Shown: one piece after another, positions 58,706 through 64,000 of the stretch
How the letters are laid out: each line of letters begins with the position of its first letter
How positions within the stretch are numbered: position 1 is the stretch's first letter
NCBI GenBank assembly: GCA_964016885.1
Contig: OZ024744.1
Location: forward strand, 14,384,001-14,448,000
DNA: 64,000 nt
Reading direction: 5' to 3'
DNA from: Eledone cirrhosa
Taxonomy: Eukaryota
Program-made: the position numbers and the translations under genes
Notes under the pieces: generated by a model
What the model was told of the DNA's origin: nothing
The model's input: only the letters and a program-made list of their open reading frames with translations
The model's database searches: none

Positions 58706-60225
58706 GAAGAAGTGCAATATCATCTGCAATGTCAAGGTCAATGTGCCTAGAGCTCATGCAGGGTTTGATGGTTTTACCTTTTTTATTGATTTTGTCAATT
58801 GAGAATCTCAGGGTGTAATCTAGTGCAATGATAAAGAGGAATGGAAAAAGAGTGTCACCCTGCAGCACACCTGCTGAGATGTCAAAGAACTCTGTTTGGC
58901 CATCAAGGGTGGTGATAGCATCACTTGTGTTGAGATACAGAGCCTTACTTGTTTCCACAAGTCTTGCTGGTATACCATACCAGAGTAGAATTTCAAACAA
59001 AAACTAGAGCCATTTGTCTGTTGGTGTTTCTCATCTCCCCCACTTTTCTTCTCAAGGCCAAAATCTGTGCAAGTGTAGATCTACCATGCCCAAAACCATT
59101 TTGGTTGATGCAAAGGATTGGATCAACATACGGAACTATACGGTTGAGGATTAGCTTGTTGTAGATCTTGGCAGCAATGGTCATAAATGATATTCCTCGG
59201 TAGTTTTGGGGGGGATGAGAGGTGACCCTTTTTGGGGACAGACACTATTCCTGCTTTTAACCAACTCATTGGAGGAGTTTTGTTGCTTAAGGTGGCGTTG
59301 CAGATTGATAATAGGACTGAAGTAAGGTTTGGGTCTTTCCAAATTATACTGGGTATATTGTTGAGACTGGGTGATTTTTTGTTTTCACCTGGTTGATCTC
59401 ACTCAAGGTGAAAGTCCAGTGGAGATGTTGAGTTCAGGTGATAGACTTTGAGGGATCGCCTTCTACAGGGGATGGTTTGCCCAGTAGACCCTTGAAGTGG
59501 TCTGTCCACCTCTTTTTCCTAGCTTCTTCAGAGCCTCCTTTTATGATGGGTGAAGGTTTCTCTTTTCTGCCAGTTATTTCGTTGACTAGATCCCATGCAG
59601 CTGCGTGCTTTTTGTTTATATGGAGGGTCTTAAGTTTGCTTATTTTTCCTTCTACATTCTCAGCAAGAGCAGTTGTGTACCCCTCATCAAGGTCTTTTTT
59701 GCATTGGGTAATTTCACTTTTCAGTAAACTAGTTGGATTTGAGTTGTACTGAGAAAAAAGACTTTGCAATTTTTTGCGGACTGAGGATACTAAGATATGT
59801 GAGCTCAATTTCATGAGCTCTTTGTCTTTTTGGGTAAGCTGGAAAGAGCAACTTCCTCATTTGCAACAATTAGGTTGGAGTATTTAATCTCAATGCAATC
59901 ATCAGTACAGGATAGTTTAGAGAACCTATTGTAGACACTGATTTGAATACCAGCTGGAGAGCTCCATATTTGATGACACTAACCTTCAGTCAATTTGTTT
60001 TATAGGCTCAGCAGGAACTTTCTTAGGAGTGCGAAGGCTAAGAGTAACTTTGGAAGAGACACTCCTGTGATCAGATCCAACGCGAAGGAGGAATAGGTTT
60101 CAGTCGCGTACACTGTTTTGCCATTTTTTTCCGAAATAGGATATAATCCAATTGAGCTCTATTCCCATTAAGGTAGATGGATGACCAGAGTTTGGATTCC
60201 TTTTTCATGAAGCTATTTTTATTTT
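58706..60225 (-). mobile_element. Degenerate non-LTR retrotransposon (LINE, RTE-like) fragment: C-terminal APE endonuclease + N-terminal RT; pseudogenised
   Basis: Minus-strand translation gives APE motifs NSFMKKESKLWS..NGNRAQLDYILFRKKWQNSV and GSDH (60060-60220), linker WDLVNEITGRK..RWTDHFKGLL, and RT motifs AAKIYNKLILNRI, QNGF..GRSTLAQILALRR, YGIP, GVLQGDTLFPFLFII, DIADDIALL. There are several frameshifts and stops. The clade call is from memory of motifs, not a search. Confidence 0.92.
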
Positions 60226-60577
60226 ATAACGTATGGGATTTCTAGTAATCTAGTAATTTTTGTCATGTAAAATGTTTTTTAATGTATGAAGAAAATTGAA
60301 TGTCGCAGGAATGCTACCACTTAAAATAAATATTTTGCCGGAGATAGATTAGTAAAATTAAATAAGCAGTGGCAGGGTGGAATATGAGTGGGGTAGGATG
60401 GAAAAAATCTAGAAAATTAATTAGTGGGATGGGGCTGGATGTAATTATTGGGGACCAAAGAGTACTTGGGCTTTGTTTGGAGAGAGTCAGAAGAAATAAC
60501 AAGGAATTTTGTTCTGATTCTCTAATGATTCTGCTAATTTGCTGCAACAAACTTAATAAATTATCCATAAGAAACAA

Positions 60578-60722
60578 TATGGTTTCTGATTTAGGCACAG
60601 GGCCAATGATTTTGGTGGAGGGGAAAGTCAATTAAATTGACCCCAGTGTGTTACTGGTACTTTATTTTATAGACTCTGTATGGATAAAAGACAAAGCTAA
60701 CCTCGACTGGATTTGAACTGAA
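60578..60722 (-). mobile_element. tRNA-derived SINE remnant (Nin/Deu-core-like; resembles an abundant octopus SINE)
   Basis: Minus-strand B-box GTTCAAATCC (60709-60718), followed by core ...TTTGTCTTTTATCC...ATAAAATAAAGTACCAG...CTGGGGTCAAT. Homologous to the copies at 60737 and 61977 (shared TTTAGGCWCA and TTACTGGTACTTTATTT). Confidence 0.75.
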
Positions 60723-60736
60723 AAGGTTTATTTATA

Positions 60737-60916
60737 ATGGTTTCTGATTTAGGCTCAAGTCTACCAATTTAAAAGGAAGGAGAAAGTTGATTAAATCAAT
60801 CACAGTGTATTACTGGTACTTTATTTCATCAACGCTAACCTCAGTGGGATCTGAACTCAGAATGTTAAAGGATGTAACTGCTTGCAAAGCAGGTTGTCCG
60901 TTGCTTTACTGATTCC
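60737..60916 (-). mobile_element. Second SINE remnant of the same family, head-to-tail with the first
   Basis: Repeats ATGGTTTCTGATTTAGGC and TTACTGGTACTTTATTT of the previous copy. B-box-like GTTCAGATCC on the minus strand (60847-60856). Confidence 0.72.
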
Positions 60917-61172
60917 AAAAGAAATAATAAAAAACCCATTTATTTTTATAAGAAAACTATGAAACTAAAGAGGAGATAATTATAATTGTAGAAAAAGTAT
61001 AGCCAGTGCATGAGTAATTGTATCATATATCCCCCCCCCCCCCTTTCCTTTTAACCCATAACTACTGGTGGAATCATAGGGGGACTGTAGTGTCAAAAGC
61101 ATGTCTTGGGTGATTTTTAAACCTGGCAGAGCCCATTCCCTCTCCAGGTCTGGATACAGCTTATTTCTTCCA

Positions 61173-61783
61173 GGGAAAGCGTGATAGAGAGAAGTGGGAA
61201 AGAGTGATAGAGAGAAGTGAGAAAGAGTGATAGAGAGAAGTGAGAAAGAGTGATAGAGAGAAGTGGGAAAGAGTGATAGAGAGAAGTGAGAAAGAGTGAT
61301 AGAGAGAAGTGGGAAAGAGTGATAGAGAGAAGTGAGAAAGAGTGATAGAGAGAAGTGAGAAAGAGTGATAGAGAGAAGTGAGAAAGAGTGATAGAGAGAA
61401 GTGAGAAAGAGTGATAGAGAGAAGTGGGAAAGAGTGATAGAGAGAAGTGAGAAAGAGTGATAGAGAGAAGTGAGAAAGAGTGATAGAGAGAAGTGGGAAA
61501 GAGTGATAGAGAGAAGTGAGAAAGAGTGATAGAGAGAAGTGAGAAAGAGTGATAGAGAGAAGTGGGAAAGAGTGATAGAGAGAAGTGGGAAAGAGTGATA
61601 GAGAGAAGTGGGAAAGAGTGATAGAGAGAAGTGGGAAAGAGTGATAGAGAGAAGTGGGAAAGAGTGATAGAGAGAAGTGAGAAAGAGTGATAGAGAGAAG
61701 TGAGAAAGAGTGATAGAGAGAAGTGAGAAAGAGTGATAGAGAGAAGTGGGAAAGAGTGATAGAGAGAAGTGGGAAAGAGTGAT
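61173..61783. repeat. 23-bp purine-rich minisatellite, ~26.5 copies, two variants
   Basis: Unit GTGATAGAGAGAAGTG(G/A)GAAAGA; copies are identical except at the single G/A site. Confidence 0.98.
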
Positions 61784-61807
61784 TGAGGCAGAAACAATAT
61801 TGGACCT

Positions 61808-61928
61808 GTACTGACCTCAGATGAAAGGCAAAGTTTATTTTGGCAGGTTTTAAACTGAGAGTGCAGAAAGCTGGGAGAAATTGTGCAAAACATTCTATCC
61901 AATGCTCTAGAAACTCTGCCAGTTCTTT
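61808..61928 (-). mobile_element. Degenerate SINE head/core remnant (same family)
   Basis: GACCTCAGATGAAAGGCAAAGTT...TTTAAACTGAGA aligns to GACCCCGTAAGGATCAATGGCAAAGTT (~62040) and TCTGAACTCAGA (~60850). Minus-strand ACTTTGCCTTTCATC is the core motif. Confidence 0.6.
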
Positions 61929-61976
61929 GCTCTGATCATGTATCAGGTCACTACAAATAAAATAAATAAAAATAAT

Positions 61977-62070
61977 TGTTCCTACTTTAGGCACAAGGCC
62001 AGCAATTAACCAGTACATTACTGGTACTTTATTTTATCGACCCCGTAAGGATCAATGGCAAAGTTAACCT
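61977..62070 (-). mobile_element. SINE remnant (core + tail, internally deleted)
   Basis: TTTAGGCACAAGGCCAGCAATT...TTACTGGTACTTTATTTTATCGACCCCGTAAGGAT...GGCAAAGTTAACC, homologous to 60578-60722. Confidence 0.72.
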
Positions 62071-62506
62071 AAAATAAATAAAAATAATAATAAATAAGAG
62101 TACTGATGTATCTTAACAACCAGTTTAACAGAAGAGTAATTTTAGATCTGTAGTTAAAGTTAAAGAAAACAATGATCACAACTATACTGCAATGCCTGTA
62201 ATCATAAGTTTGCTAACATAGGGTGTTTCAAAGATAAACAACAACAACAGTAACAAGAACAAGATGTGACAATATCGCAGATTAGTATTATTTATTGACT
62301 ATAAATACGTATCTATGGAGCAAGAATAGTAAAGTTAAAGCAAACAAGACAAACAAGATAAGCAGCACTAGTTGAAATTGATTAAGAGGTTTCTAAAGTA
62401 GATTGGTGATAACATGTGAATGGTCAGTATTAGTGGTCTTAATCAACCTGGGGGTTGTTTTTAAACAAATATTCAGCCTGTTGAAGAAAAAGAAAAAATA
62501 TAAATA

Positions 62507-62510
<4 letters not shown>

Positions 62511-62577
<67 letters not shown>

Positions 62578-62598
62578 TATACATATATATGTATATAT
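62511..62598. repeat. (TA)n microsatellite with a degenerate TA/TG-rich tail to ~62740
   Basis: About 30 perfect AT units followed by interrupted ones. Confidence 0.97.
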
Positions 62599-62843
62599 AA
62601 CAGAGTTTTTTTCAAACGCGTGCATTATGAAATGTATGATATATGTATGATATATGCGTGTGTGTGCATGAATGTTTGTATGTGTGTGCATGAATATAAA
62701 TTTATGTAGTGAAAGATATGTGTGCGATATATGCATGTGTCTAGTGAGAACATAGATTTAATTTGAAAGAAAGAATGAAACTGGCCTTTGGGATGTTGGA
62801 ATATTGGCTTTTAAATTAACCATTCTGGTGTATTTCTTTCCAT

Positions 62844-63570
62844 TCAATTATTGATCCTAGGTTTTAATTGCTTGATTAAGAGGGCTTCCTTAATTCTCAG
62901 TGTGCCTCTGCCGTGTTCAGTAGCTAAGATTGTGGTGGTAATGTTGTCCTGGTTCCCACATTTGATGATGTCTTCCCGGAAGGAAGAGGAGTTGGTGTTA
63001 ACAGGCTCTTTAATACGGAGATGTAACAGTCAAATAGTGCTGCCTATGTAAAATAGATTGCACTTGTTACATTCTAGCCTGTATACTACGTAGGTACGTA
63101 GGCAACAATTAGTGTTGAGGATAGGGAAATTGGGAAGGGTTCATCTGTTATCATCGTTAGGGGGTTGCCTTGTGGTGAGGCATTTTCGCAGGGAAGGTCT
63201 AGAGTGACCTAGTTTGATATTGAGGCCCTCTCTTTTGATGGCTTTGCATATGGGATTGGTGGTTTCCTCGGTGAGATGTGGGATCTTGAAGAAGCAACTG
63301 TTGTTTGTGTTGGTCCGGTCTCTGGGTCTGGGGTTTCATCTTGGGGTGGGGAAGGAAGCTGGGTAGCCATTAATCTCTAGTACCTTGTGGAATCGTCTGA
63401 TATGGGTAGCTCTATTAACAGCATCACTGCATTGGTTGCATATGCGAACCATTTCATTGAAGATGTACCCTCTTTTAGAGCTGGAGGAGGGGGGCAGATT
63501 TGTCATGCACAAACAGGTCTCTGCTGGCCACCTTCAGTAGAAATTGGTGTGGAATTCAGTTGTCAGAAAT
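62844..63570 (-). mobile_element. Penelope-like retroelement remnant: RT thumb, linker and GIY-YIG endonuclease; pseudogenised, 5'-truncated
   Basis: Hand translation of the minus strand: KVASRDLFVHDKSA..SKRGYIFNEMVRICNQCS..FHKVLEINGYP..FKIPHLTEE..AIKREGLNIKL..CCLRTYVVYRLECNKCNLFYIGSTI*LLHLRIKEP..LRIKEALLIKQLKPRINN*. VVY-x-CxxC-x-YIGST, EALxI and PxIN are GIY-YIG hallmarks; NGYP is typical of the Penelope thumb. It has an internal stop and frameshifts, so it is absent from the ORF track. Confidence 0.88.
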
Positions 63571-64000
63571 GTTCAAGGGTTTAGTAACATTTGTAGAGCA
63601 TAAAAACATTGGCTACTGGACTTGGTAGTGCTTTGTTTGAGTTTATCATAGTAGTAAACCGGTCTGGTGGAGAAAGTGGGGGGGGGGGCAGTCGGTGGTA
63701 AGTGTATCTGGACAGGCAAGGGGTCAGGAGAAGGATGTAGTGTGGGTAGGGGTAGGAGTGGTTAGTGGGTGGGAGTGAAGTAGAAGAAGAAGGGGCATAA
63801 TGACCATAGTGTGGTAGGGTAAGTCTATTTATAGATGGAGCTTATAGGCTGAAGGAGTATTTCGAAGTGAAGAATTAAAAGTAAAAAGTAGATTGTATAG
63901 AAGAAAAGGAGCAGATAGTTAAATAAAGTTGTAAATAAGGTAAAATAAGATCAGGTAAAATATAGGGGTTTAAAAATAGGTAGAGTGGATTATATGGGTG

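Noticed and set aside
61181-61783. Resemblance to the tet operator array (AGTGATAGAGA..AAGTG), suggesting vector contamination
   Set aside because: Only a half-site is present, without the TCCCTATC arm. The 23-bp period and native flanks show no vector sequence.
61816-61950. Apparent 135-bp minus-strand exon (TTTGTAG|...DLIHDQSKELAEFLEHW...FAFHL|GTCAGT)
   Set aside because: The splice-like signals and open frame are present, but the sequence aligns to the SINE head/core found nearby. There are no partner exons; only spliced RNA-seq reads could rescue it as an exonised SINE.
63660-63830. G-rich tract as telomeric repeat or G-quadruplex element
   Set aside because: No tandem TTAGGG and only irregular G-runs; no specific feature can be supported.

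Overview
Gene-free, repeat-dominated eukaryotic DNA. An invertebrate is likely, possibly an octopod mollusc; this is inferred only from a SINE family recalled from memory. About 58 kb is four different tandem-repeat families placed almost end to end: a 65/69-bp satellite (1-18880, very homogeneous, nested 0.78-4 kb higher-order duplications), a 92-bp minisatellite (19292-20189), a 36-bp satellite with 42- and 34-bp variants (20296-46124, with ~10-kb and ~3-kb internal duplications) and a 39-bp satellite (46125-58108). The 39-bp array begins with a 27-bp fold-back hairpin. It is interleaved with seven co-oriented ~0.9-kb non-autonomous Helitrons, all at the same position in the monomer, forming a Helitron+satellite macro-repeat. 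The last 6 kb holds decayed transposons: an APE+RT LINE cut at its catalytic motif, four tRNA-derived SINE remnants, a 23-bp purine-rich minisatellite, (TA)n and a Penelope-like (RT thumb + GIY-YIG) pseudogene. No intact protein-coding gene is supported; the ORF track is almost entirely translated repeats and transposon remnants.
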